DNA from: an uncultured Pyrinomonadaceae bacterium
GTDB lineage: Bacteria > Acidobacteriota > Blastocatellia > Pyrinomonadales > Pyrinomonadaceae
Assembly (NCBI GenBank): GCA_964237245.1
Contig: CAXSHW010000014.1
Coordinates: 297 to 61,551 of the forward strand
Length of the DNA: 61,255 nucleotides
Direction: 5' to 3'
The translations under genes and the position numbers were made by a program. The notes beneath the pieces are model-generated. The model was not told the DNA's origin, did no database searches, and saw nothing but the letters and a program-made list of their open reading frames with translations. This document shows, piece after piece, positions 19,547 through 28,814 of the stretch (position 1 is its first letter; every line of letters starts with the position of its first letter).

Positions 19547-19572
19547 TTTGCCGGCGATTTTACAGACGGAAA

Positions 19573-20151
19573 TCAGTCTTTCGGTTTTTCATTCATCAAA
19601 CGGGCGACGTGGAAAATGTAATGAATGCCGGAAAAAATCGCAATTGCCACGACGGTTGTGTAAACGGTCGGCAAGTAGAAAACAAGCATCGGAAATATAG
19701 ATGCGAGCAAAATTAAGCCGACGGCTGAAACCTGCACGAGCGTGCTGAGTTTGCCGAGCCAGGAAGGTTGGAAGCCGCGAAAATCCGTAATAATAAAAAT
19801 CGCAACCGCCGACGCGATAATCAAAACGTCGCGCCCGATAACCGAAGCCGTAACCCAAAACGGAACGGGCAGATGTCTGATCGGCGGAAAAACTCCCGGC
19901 AGAGTTAAAATAACAAACGCCGTTGTCATCAGAAGTTTATCGGCAATCGGATCGAGAATTGTGCCGAGTTCCGATTGTTGATTAAAGCGTCTGGCGACAA
20001 AACCGTCAATGCCGTCGGACACGCCCGCGACGAAAAAAATCAGCAAAGCCAAGCCGCTATGTCCGTAAAAAAGCAAAATAGCAAAAGCCGGAATCAAAGC
20101 CATTCGCAGAAATGTGAGTAAATTCGGAACGGTCAGAATGTTTGAAGCCAT
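19573..20151 (-). CDS. CDP-alcohol phosphatidyltransferase (PgsA-like)
   Basis: Motif DGIDGFVARRFNQQSELGTILDPIADK, i.e. DGxxAR..G..D..D. Confidence 0.85.
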   Translation of the reverse strand: MASNILTVPNLLTFLRMALIPAFAILLFYGHSGLALLIFFVAGVSDGIDGFVARRFNQQSELGTILDPIADKLLMTTAFVILTLPGVFPPIRHLPVPFWVTASVIGRDVLIIASAVAIFIITDFRGFQPSWLGKLSTLVQVSAVGLILLASIFPMLVFYLPTVYTTVVAIAIFSGIHYIFHVARLMNEKPKD

Positions 20152-20166
20152 TTTTTGTAAATTACG

Positions 20167-20231
20167 AATTACAAATTACGAATTACGAATGTCGGAATTT
20201 GTATTAAATTCGTAATTCGTAATTTGTAATT
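20167..20231. repeat. Perfect 24-bp inverted repeat built from abutting AATTACG/AATTACA heptamers
   Basis: aattacaaattacgaattacgaat (20167-20190) is the exact reverse complement of 20208-20231. It sits between the metallophosphoesterase stop and the pgsA-like start. Confidence 0.9.
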
Positions 20232-20233
20232 AT

Positions 20234-21158
20234 TTAATTCAAAGCGCACTTTAATTGGATTAACGAAACTTCCGGCGGACAACCGTAGCGAACGGGCAAA
20301 ACGACTGTTCCGATGCCGCGCGTGATGTAAACTTGTGTCTCGCGGCGGCGATACAATCCGCTGGCAAATTTGCGTCGTCCGGGCAAAATTCTTTTTTCGT
20401 CGTCGCGGATTTTAATTTGTCCGCCGTGCGTGTGTCCCGAAAGCATCAAATCAACTCCGGCGCGAGCGGCGCGAGCCAGCATTTTCGGATTGTGCGCGAG
20501 CAGTATTTTCATCTCGTCGGGAAAAGAACCGCGCAGAGCCGAGCGCAAATCAATTTGTCCAGCCATATAATCATCAACGCCGGCAAGCCAAAACGAAGCG
20601 TTTCGCGCCGTAAAACGAAAACCTTCATTGTTCAAAACTCTGATATTCGCTTCGCGCAAACGCTTTGTCACCATTTCGGCGTCCGTCCAATGGTCGTGAT
20701 TTCCGAGACACGCGAAAGTCCCGAACTCCGATTCTAATTCGCCTAAAACCTTCGCCATCGGCGCGATGTATTCGGTTTCGTGCGAAACGAAATCGCCGGT
20801 TAAAACAAACATATCCGGCTTTAATTCATTGGCGATTTCGGCGGCGTGCGCGATGTGTCGGAGATTGGTAAAAGGGCTGTGATGAATCCGAAAGATGAAC
20901 GAGCTGAAAACCGTCGAGATTTTTCGGCAGACGCTTTAGGTAAATTGTAATTTTTTCGATGGTTAAAGTGTTTGCTTCATTTATGGCGTTACGGGCGACA
21001 ACCGAAAAATTGCTTGCCAAATCGCGCAGCGGCGTTTCGGACGCGACCGCCGAGTAAATTTTTTGAGACAATTTTACTTTTCCGGCTTGAGCAGAATTCA
21101 TTTTCATCTGTAAATTTTGACGGCTGAAATTTTCGGCAAGATAAATGATTATAGCCAC
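20234..21158 (-). pseudogene. Metallophosphoesterase (YkuE/COG1408 type) split by a frameshift
   Basis: The upstream ORF ends ..LDGFQLVHLSD then goes out of frame. The other frame continues IHHSPFTNLRHIAHAAEIANELKPDMFVLTGDFV..GNHDH..GHTHGG. The shift lies at about 20885-20888. Confidence 0.75.
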
Positions 21159-21253
21159 TTAACCGAAAAAAAGTCTAGACTTGAGCAGCGCGTCGCAAAG
21201 ATTTGAAATAAATTTCGCTGTTAATTTACAGATTAAATCTTTATTATTTTCTA

Positions 21254-23155
21254 ATGAACTCGCTGAATACGGCATCGCTCGTCAACCTTTTGGGTTTTGC
21301 GGTCGGAATCGCGCTTTACGCGCTTCTGCTGGCGATGGTCGTTCGTCATCGCCAAAATAAAAAAGGAAATTCGCCGGATTTTTTGCTGCTGGCGACGGCA
21401 ATTTTGGGACTTCTCTGGAACGCCGGAGAACTTTTCGTTCTCGTCTGGAAAGATTTCGGCGCGAGAGAAGTTTCGCCTGTTTTGCTGGCGGTTTCCTATT
21501 CGGCGCTCGGATTTTTGCCGTCGGTCGTTGTTTATTCGGCTTGGAAAAATTCCGATAATGAAAACCGAAACGTTCAACTGTTGACGTTTGCCGCTTACGG
21601 ATTGAGCGTTTTGGCAAGCGTTTTTCATTTTCGGTCGGCGATTTTTTACCGGATCGCGCCGTCGGATTTGGCTTTGCAGCTTTTAACTTACGGTTCGCTC
21701 GCGCTGCTTGCCGGACTTCTCGTTTTTAACTTCAAACAAACTCAGGAAAAAAAAGCGATTTGGATTACGGCTCTGTTGATTTTTGCGGTTTCGGCTCTGC
21801 ATTTGAGTTCTCAGACCGAAAATAATTCCTGGCTGGTCGAACTCGTCGCGCACCAATCTTCTTTGCCGCTCGCATTTGCCATTTTGCTTCAAGATTATCG
21901 TTTTGCCTTCGCAGACCTTTTTCTGAAACGCGCTTTGTCGCTGCTTTTATTGACTTTGACGGCTTTCGGACTTTACGTTTTCCTTGCCGCGCCGCTGCTT
22001 GCGATGCACGCGACGCACGAAAAAAACGATGTGCAGGTTATCGGTATTTTGCTGACGTTTTGGATCGCAACCGCTCTGATTTATCCGAGCCTTCATCGTT
22101 TTGCAGTTTGGATGGTTGATAAAATTATTCTGCGGCGCGCCGATTATAAAAAACTTTTGATCGAAATTTCCGAGGAACTTGAAAAACAGGAAACGATTGA
22201 AAATGCGCTGAATACGACTTGCCGAAAATTAGCCGACGCGCTGACGGCGATTGAATCAAATTGGAGCGAAGCCGCTCAAGATGAATTCAGAACGCAGTTG
22301 CCTTCGGTGGATTTCGCTTCGACGCGCGCCGAAATTTTTGTGCCGACGGCGGAAAAGCCTTTTTACGACGTTAATTTAACTAATTTTTCCGGCGGTCGCC
22401 GACTGCTTTCGGACGAAATCGAAATGCTCGAAGCGGTCGCGCTGCTGACAGCCAGACGCATTGACGCTTTGCGCGTTAGCGACGAACGTTTCAGCCGCGA
22501 AATCCGCGAGCGCGAATTTTCAAAACTCGCCGCCGAAGCCGAACTTCGCGCGCTGCGAGCGCAAATCAATCCGCATTTTCTTTTTAACGCGCTGACGGCA
22601 ATCGGTTATTTGATTCAAACCGCGCCGGAAAAAGCCTTTGAAACGTTAATGAAACTGACGCAGCTTTTGCGGCGCGTTCTCAAAGCGAGCGGCGAATTTT
22701 CGACTCTCGGCGAAGAAATAGAACTCGTAAAATCTTATCTGGAAATTGAACAGGCGCGTTTTGAGGAGCGTTTGAAAATTGAAATCGTTCTCGCAAAAGA
22801 TTTAGAGAAAATGCGCGTGCCGTCGTTTGTTTTGCAACCTTTGGTGGAAAACGCCGTAAAACACGGTATTTCAAAAACCAAACAAGGCGGAAAAATAATA
22901 ATTTCCGCGCTTTTAGAAAATGAAAAAGAACAGGTTTTCCTGAAATTGAGTGTTTTCGACAGCGGCGCGGGCGAGAATACGAATGAAATTTTACAAAACG
23001 GACGAAAAGGCGTCGGACTTAATAATATCGAACAAAGATTACAAAATTATTACGGAAACTCAGCCGTTCTGAAAATCGAAAACGAGAGCGGCAAGGGAAC
23101 GACGGCAGAGATAAAAATTCCCGTTTCGGTGATTTCAAAAGATAAGAATAAATAA
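21254..23155 (+). CDS. Membrane sensor histidine kinase, LytS/YehU type
   Basis: Multi-TM N-terminus, His_kinase motif NPHFLFNALTAIGYLI, and HATPase_c boxes (LVENAVKHG, DSGAG, GVGLNN). Confidence 0.85.
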   Translation: MNSLNTASLVNLLGFAVGIALYALLLAMVVRHRQNKKGNSPDFLLLATAILGLLWNAGELFVLVWKDFGAREVSPVLLAVSYSALGFLPSVVVYSAWKNSDNENRNVQLLTFAAYGLSVLASVFHFRSAIFYRIAPSDLALQLLTYGSLALLAGLLVFNFKQTQEKKAIWITALLIFAVSALHLSSQTENNSWLVELVAHQSSLPLAFAILLQDYRFAFADLFLKRALSLLLLTLTAFGLYVFLAAPLLAMHATHEKNDVQVIGILLTFWIATALIYPSLHRFAVWMVDKIILRRADYKKLLIEISEELEKQETIENALNTTCRKLADALTAIESNWSEAAQDEFRTQLPSVDFASTRAEIFVPTAEKPFYDVNLTNFSGGRRLLSDEIEMLEAVALLTARRIDALRVSDERFSREIREREFSKLAAEAELRALRAQINPHFLFNALTAIGYLIQTAPEKAFETLMKLTQLLRRVLKASGEFSTLGEEIELVKSYLEIEQARFEERLKIEIVLAKDLEKMRVPSFVLQPLVENAVKHGISKTKQGGKIIISALLENEKEQVFLKLSVFDSGAGENTNEILQNGRKGVGLNNIEQRLQNYYGNSAVLKIENESGKGTTAEIKIPVSVISKDKNK

Positions 23156-23217
23156 AATACGGTCGAACCAATTTGAAGGATTTTTAGAATTCGTCGAACC
23201 GGCATTGGTTTAAAATT

Positions 23218-23997
23218 ATGAACAAATTGCGGGTCATTATCGCCGATGACGAGCGTCCGGCGCGTTCTTTTCTGAAAACCATTCTCGACGGTTTTGAAGA
23301 TGTGGAAACAATCGGCGAAGCGGAAAACGGCGCGGAAGCTGTCGAAATTATCAAAGAAAAGAAGCCGGATTTGGCTTTGCTCGATTTGCAAATGCCGGAA
23401 ATTTCCGGTCTCGAAGTCGTTAAATTGCTGCGCAAATCGCAGTTGCCACTCGTCGCTTTTGTAACGGCTTACGATGAATTCGCGGTTCAGGCTTTTGAAT
23501 TAAACGCGGTTGATTATTTATTAAAACCGATTGAAAAAGCGCGTCTGCGGGAAACTTTGAATCGGGCGCGGGAAAGGCTGGAACAAGAAGATTTTCGCGC
23601 CGCCGAATCGTCAAATTTGAAAGCCGCCGCCGAAACTTACGAAAAAATCGCGCCTAAAAACTTTTTGACGCGCATCCCGATTCGCGTCAAAGATGAAATT
23701 TTGTTGATACCAGTCGGCGAAATCGCTTCAATCGTCGCCGACGGCGAACTTCTTCACATCGCAAATTTAACGGGCAAAAACTTTACGATAAATTTTCGCC
23801 TCAAAGACATCGAAGCGAGACTCGACCCGGAAAAATTCATCAGACTTTCGCGCGGCACGCTGGTTAATCTCGAAACGATTGCGAAAATCAGTCTGATGCC
23901 CGGCGGCACTTATTTTGTCCGGCTCAGAAACGGTCAGGAAATTTCGTCGAGTCGCCAGCAATCCAGAGTTTTGCGCGAAAAGTTATTAAAAATATAA
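23218..23997 (+). CDS. LytR/AlgR-family response regulator (REC + LytTR DNA-binding domain)
   Basis: REC domain (VIIADDE..LLDLQMPE) and a C-terminal LytTR domain (FIRLSRGTLVNLE). Confidence 0.9.
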   Translation: MNKLRVIIADDERPARSFLKTILDGFEDVETIGEAENGAEAVEIIKEKKPDLALLDLQMPEISGLEVVKLLRKSQLPLVAFVTAYDEFAVQAFELNAVDYLLKPIEKARLRETLNRARERLEQEDFRAAESSNLKAAAETYEKIAPKNFLTRIPIRVKDEILLIPVGEIASIVADGELLHIANLTGKNFTINFRLKDIEARLDPEKFIRLSRGTLVNLETIAKISLMPGGTYFVRLRNGQEISSSRQQSRVLREKLLKI

Positions 23998-24028
23998 ATT
24001 TCTTTCGACTGTTTATCCGAGTTTTTTA

Positions 24029-24058
24029 GCCGTTCATCGCTCATTTTCAACCGTTGGC
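24029..24058 (+). promoter_or_regulatory. Candidate LytTR-regulator binding site: two 9-bp direct repeats, 12-bp spacer
   Basis: GCCGTTCAT (24029-24037) and ACCGTTGGC (24050-24058) each match 8 of 9 positions of the AgrA-type consensus [TA][AC][CA]GTTN[AG][TG]. A GATAAT -10-like hexamer lies at 24078-24083. Confidence 0.45.
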
Positions 24059-24121
24059 TGAAAACCTGATGCCGAAGGATAATTTTGAAGATATTATTAG
24101 CTTTTTAACTAAAAGCTAAAT

Positions 24122-26713
24122 ATGTCAAAACAAATTATTTATAGATTTTCGATTGCGTCAACATTCATTTTATTAGCATCATTTTCCGTTTTCGCGCAAA
24201 TTCTCGGAACGGCGGGAACAGTTTCGGGAACGGTTACAGACCAGAACGGCGCGAGCGTTACCGGCGCGAATCTGACAATCAAAAATGCTGTCACAGGCTT
24301 TACGCGCGCCGCGACGAGCGACGCGGAAGGCAATTACAGCTTTCAAAATGTGCCGCCGAATAATTATCAAATTACGGTTTCGGCAAGCGGTTTTCAGAAC
24401 GCGGCGCAAAACATCGTCGTTCGCGCGTCTGTTCCGATGCAAGTTCCGGTTTCTTTGAACGTCAGCGGCAGCAACGCGACTGTTGACATCACAGCCGACG
24501 CGCAAAACGTCGAAAACATTCCGACGACGCATACGGATGTTGACCAGACGCAAATCAGCAAACTGCCTCTGAGTTCGCCCGGCAACGGCTTGAGCGAAGC
24601 CGTAACACTGACTTCTCCGGGAGTAGTCGCCGATTCCAACGGATTTTTTCATCCTTTGGGCGACCACGCGCAGACGCAGTATTCGGTTGACAACCAGCCG
24701 ATTACCGACCAGCAATCGAAAGCCTTTTCGACACAGTTGCCGGTCAACGCGATTCAGTCTCTGGAAGTCATCACCGGCGCGACGCCAGCCGAATACGGCG
24801 ATAAAAGCAGTCTGGTTATAAACGCGATAACCCGTTCAGGTTTGAATCAGACGAAACCTTCGGGCAGCGTTACTTCGACTTTCGGAAATTTCGGAACTTA
24901 CCAGCAGGAAGCCTCGCTCGCCTTCGGAACGGCGAAAATCGGGAATTTCGCGGCATTTAATTTTGAGCGTTCAAACCGATTTCTCGATTCGCCGGAGTTT
25001 GTTTCACTGCACAACAACGGAAATTCCGTAAATCTTTTTGACCGCATAGATTACAGTCCGACGACGAAAGACGCGCTGCACTTGAATTTATTTTTGGCTC
25101 GCAATAAATTTGAAATCGCCAACACTTTCGAGCAGGAAGCGCTCGGTCAAGATCAGAGTCAGCGCGTCAAATCTCTCAACATCGCGCCCGGTTACGTCCA
25201 CATTTTTAACTCTTCGACCGTGTTGACGATCAATCCGTATTTTCGGCTCGATGAAGTAAATTATTATCCGAGCGCGAATCCGTTTTCAGACCAGACGCAA
25301 ACCGTCAGCCAGCAGAGACGGCTGCTAAACACCGGAATTCGCGGCGATGTCGCGTATGTCAAAGGCATTCACAATTTGAAAATCGGCGGACAATTCCAAC
25401 ATACTTTTTTGAATGAAAACTTTCAGTTCGGTATCACCGACCCGAATTTCAATCCGCTTTGTTTGAGTTTTTCGGGCGATCCGATTGCGGGAACGACTTG
25501 CGGCGCGGGAACGAATCCGAATCCCGATTTTCTCGCCGGACTACTGCCGTTTGATTTAACGCGCGGCGGAAGACTTTTCATTTTTCACGGGCGAACCGAC
25601 ATCAAACAGGAAGCCGCTTTCGCGCAGGACGCGCTCAGTTTCAAAAACGGTTTGACGCTGAGTTTAGGTTTGCGTTTTGACAATTACAACGGCTTGAGTC
25701 GAGGCAAATCTTTGCAGCCGCGCGTTGGCGTTTCGTATCTTTTCAAGCCGACAAATACGGTTGTTCGCGCTTCTTACACGCGCAATTTTGAAACGCCGTA
25801 TAACGAAAATCTGATTTTGTCGAACTCGACGGGCGCGGGCGGGCTTGCGGACGGAATTTTGGGCGACACCTCGACCGCGCCGCTCAAACCCGGAAACCGC
25901 AATCAGTTTAACGTCGGACTTCAACAGGGAATCGGTAAACTCATTGTTGCCGACATTGATTATTTTAACAAAATCACGCACAACGCTTACGATTTCAACG
26001 CGCTGCTCGATACGCCGATTACTTTTCCGATTTCGTGGGACAAGTCGAAAATTGACGGCGTTTCGTTTCGCCTGAATTTGACGAACTACAAAGGTTTGGG
26101 CGCTTTTTTTAACGCTTCGCACACCAGAGCGAGATTTTTTCCGCCGGAGACGGGCGGCTTGTTTTTCAATTCGGATCTGCCGACGGGCGTTTTTCGCATT
26201 GACCACGATCAGGCATTTCAACAAACGACGCAAGTCCAATACTCTTTCGATCAGTTCAAAACGTTTCACGAATTCGCGCCGTTTATCGCATTCACCTGGC
26301 GTTACGACAGCGGACTTGTTTCCGGCGCAGTGCCTGATTATGCGACGGCTTTAGCTTTCAGCGCTGATGAACAGCAGCAAATTGGTCTGTTTTGCGGCAG
26401 TCAATTTGCGAGTTTGACAAGTCCGATCACAAGATGTTCAGCTTCAAATTTCGGCGCCTCGCGCATCCGAATTCCGGCGGCAGGCACGGAAAACGACGAC
26501 ACGAATCCGCCGCGCGTCGCGCCGCGCAACCTTTTTGATTTGAGTTTCGGCTCGGACAATGTTTTGCGAACCGACAAAATGAAACTTTCGGCGCATTTGA
26601 GCTTTATCAATCTGACGAATAAAGTCGCGCTCTACAATTTCAATTCGACGTTCAGCGGCACTCATTTCGTTTCGCCGCGCGTCGTTCAAGGTCAAATCGG
26701 TATTGTGTTCTGA
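24122..26713 (+). CDS. TonB-dependent receptor with N-terminal carboxypeptidase-regulatory-like domain (Oar-like)
   Basis: Signal peptide, CarboxypepD_reg-like segment (GTVTDQNGASVTGANLTIKN..GNYSFQNVPPNNYQITVSASGF), plug/barrel regions, and a C-terminal aromatic residue (..GIVF). Confidence 0.8.
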   Translation: MSKQIIYRFSIASTFILLASFSVFAQILGTAGTVSGTVTDQNGASVTGANLTIKNAVTGFTRAATSDAEGNYSFQNVPPNNYQITVSASGFQNAAQNIVVRASVPMQVPVSLNVSGSNATVDITADAQNVENIPTTHTDVDQTQISKLPLSSPGNGLSEAVTLTSPGVVADSNGFFHPLGDHAQTQYSVDNQPITDQQSKAFSTQLPVNAIQSLEVITGATPAEYGDKSSLVINAITRSGLNQTKPSGSVTSTFGNFGTYQQEASLAFGTAKIGNFAAFNFERSNRFLDSPEFVSLHNNGNSVNLFDRIDYSPTTKDALHLNLFLARNKFEIANTFEQEALGQDQSQRVKSLNIAPGYVHIFNSSTVLTINPYFRLDEVNYYPSANPFSDQTQTVSQQRRLLNTGIRGDVAYVKGIHNLKIGGQFQHTFLNENFQFGITDPNFNPLCLSFSGDPIAGTTCGAGTNPNPDFLAGLLPFDLTRGGRLFIFHGRTDIKQEAAFAQDALSFKNGLTLSLGLRFDNYNGLSRGKSLQPRVGVSYLFKPTNTVVRASYTRNFETPYNENLILSNSTGAGGLADGILGDTSTAPLKPGNRNQFNVGLQQGIGKLIVADIDYFNKITHNAYDFNALLDTPITFPISWDKSKIDGVSFRLNLTNYKGLGAFFNASHTRARFFPPETGGLFFNSDLPTGVFRIDHDQAFQQTTQVQYSFDQFKTFHEFAPFIAFTWRYDSGLVSGAVPDYATALAFSADEQQQIGLFCGSQFASLTSPITRCSASNFGASRIRIPAAGTENDDTNPPRVAPRNLFDLSFGSDNVLRTDKMKLSAHLSFINLTNKVALYNFNSTFSGTHFVSPRVVQGQIGIVF

Positions 26714-26809
26714 TTTGATTCAAATATAATTTCAGAACTGAAAAGGATGGCTTTTGCGGCTGTCTTTTTTTATTTGAAATTTGGATAGTGAGCCGAAAGA
26801 AATGCTTTC

Positions 26810-26899
26810 TCACCGCAGAGACGCCGAGAGTGAAGACGCCGAGAAAGACAAAAAAAATCTCTGCGTTTGCTCTGCGAAACCTCTGCGCCTCTGCGGTGA
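26810..26899. repeat. CACCGCAGAG-family hairpin element, copy 1
   Basis: tcaccgcagag (26810-26820) pairs perfectly with ctctgcggtga (26889-26899), with further 3+3 bp inside. The right side carries CTCTGCG four times. Confidence 0.8.
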
Positions 26900-26990
26900 A
26901 AAATTCTTTCAGCATTACCTTTAACTCAACACTGAAAATTGCAAAAATTTTTCTTTCCAAACGCCTGCAATTTCTGTATCATTTCTCACA

Positions 26991-28781
26991 ATGTCGCCAA
27001 TTTTTATCACATTAATTTTACTTTTCGTTGCTATCGTTTTGTTTGCGACCGAGAAAATTCCGGTTGATATTGTCGGGGTCTTGCTGGTTATCGGTTTGGT
27101 TTTGACCCGCGTTTTAACAATTGACGAAGGCGTTTCCGGTTTCGGCGACAACATCATCATCACGATTGGCGGACTTTTTGTTTTGACCGGCGGTTTAATT
27201 AAAACGGGAATCGTTGATTTAATCGGTCGCCGGCTATATCGCATTGCCGGAAAAAATGAGTTTTTGCTGACGGCTTTAATAATGTCGGTCGCGGCGATTT
27301 CGGCTTCGGTTTTGAAGAATACGACGACGACGGCAATGTTTGTTCCGGTTGTTTTGGGTTTGGCGAATCGCGCTAAAATCGCGCCGTCAAAACTTCTGAT
27401 GCCGCTCGCCTTTGGCGCGATTTTGGGCGGAAGCTGCACTCTCATCGGAACTTCGACGAACTTAGCCGTCAGCAGCGCGATGCAGCGTTACGGAATGGAG
27501 CCGTATTCGATGTTTGAGCTGACGCCAGTCGGCATCATTACGGTTGCCGCCGGATTGCTTTATATGTTGACCATCGGCATCAAATTGCTGCCGAATCGCG
27601 GCGGCGAAGAATCTTTTACCGATCAGTATCACATCCGCGAATACATTTCCGAAGTTCTTGTTTTGCCCGATTCGCATCTGATTGGAAAAACGCTTGGCGA
27701 AGCGAACATCAATCTGGAACTCGATTTAAACGTTTTGGGCATTATTCGCGGCGGCGTGCAGAGAATTTCACCGAAACCGACCGAGCGCATCGAAACGGGC
27801 GATTTGCTGATTGTCGAAGGCAAGCTCGCCAATATATTAAATGTCAAATCAGAAGCCGGACTCGAAATAAAAGCTGATTTCAAACTTAACGACCGGATGT
27901 TGGAAAGCGACGAAATCGAACTTTTTGAAGTGATGGTAATGCGCGATTCGCGTCTCGGCGGACAGACTTTGAAAACTCTCAACTTTCGCAATCTCTATAA
28001 TTTAACCGTTCTTGCCATAAATCGCCACGGCGAAACTTTTCTCGATAAAATCAGCGACGTGCGTTTGAAATTCGGTGACGTTCTGCTCGTGCAGGGCAAT
28101 CGCAAAACCATCGAACCGTTTGTCGTCGAAGGTGAAATGCTGCTGCTCGAAGATGTTTCCGCAGGCAGTATGCGAACGGAAAAACGGCGTTGGGCGATTG
28201 CCGCTTTCGGACTTTTTCTCGCGCTGTCGCTTTCCAAATTGGTGACCGGCATTGAAATTCCGCTCGCCATCGCTGTTTTGCTCGGAGTTTTGCTTTTACT
28301 GGCGACGAAAACCGTGCGTTACTCGGAGCTTTATTCGCTGATTGATTTTCGGATTCTCGTCTTAATCGCCTGTATGATGAGCTTCGGCGTGGCGATGGAA
28401 AAAACGCACACCGACGTTTATCTGGCAGATTTAATTCAAAATTATTTCGGACAATACGGCGGAACTGCCGTCTTAGCCGGATTTTTCCTTTTAACCGTCG
28501 GCTTGACCCAACCAATGTCAAACCAAGCTGCCGCGCTCGTTGTCCTGCCCGTCGCCGTCAAAACCGCCGTCGCGCTCGGCTTAAACCCGCGAACATTCGC
28601 CGTCGCCGTTACTTACGCCGCGTCGTTTTCCTTCATCACGCCGCTCGAACCGGCGTGCGTTTTGGTTTACACGCCCGGACGCTACCGCTTTATGGATTTC
28701 GTCAAAGTCGGCACAATTTTAACCGTCGTCGTCTTTATCGTGGCGATAGTTTTAGTTCCGATATTTTGGAAACTTCAATGA
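26991..28781 (+). CDS. SLC13/DASS-family anion permease with two central TrkA-C domains
   Basis: 596-aa polytopic ORF with two TrkA-C-like cytoplasmic modules (LVLPDSHLIGKTLGE.., VMVMRDSRLGGQTLKTL..). Confidence 0.88.
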   Translation: MSPIFITLILLFVAIVLFATEKIPVDIVGVLLVIGLVLTRVLTIDEGVSGFGDNIIITIGGLFVLTGGLIKTGIVDLIGRRLYRIAGKNEFLLTALIMSVAAISASVLKNTTTTAMFVPVVLGLANRAKIAPSKLLMPLAFGAILGGSCTLIGTSTNLAVSSAMQRYGMEPYSMFELTPVGIITVAAGLLYMLTIGIKLLPNRGGEESFTDQYHIREYISEVLVLPDSHLIGKTLGEANINLELDLNVLGIIRGGVQRISPKPTERIETGDLLIVEGKLANILNVKSEAGLEIKADFKLNDRMLESDEIELFEVMVMRDSRLGGQTLKTLNFRNLYNLTVLAINRHGETFLDKISDVRLKFGDVLLVQGNRKTIEPFVVEGEMLLLEDVSAGSMRTEKRRWAIAAFGLFLALSLSKLVTGIEIPLAIAVLLGVLLLLATKTVRYSELYSLIDFRILVLIACMMSFGVAMEKTHTDVYLADLIQNYFGQYGGTAVLAGFFLLTVGLTQPMSNQAAALVVLPVAVKTAVALGLNPRTFAVAVTYAASFSFITPLEPACVLVYTPGRYRFMDFVKVGTILTVVVFIVAIVLVPIFWKLQ

Positions 28782-28814
28782 AAAATTATTATCAACTTAA
28801 AGGCAATCAAAATT

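Noticed and set aside
26788-27015. The 75-aa ORF across the CACCGCAGAG element.
   Set aside because: It is generated by the repeat itself. It is Lys/Arg-rich, has no RBS, and runs into the SLC13 start.
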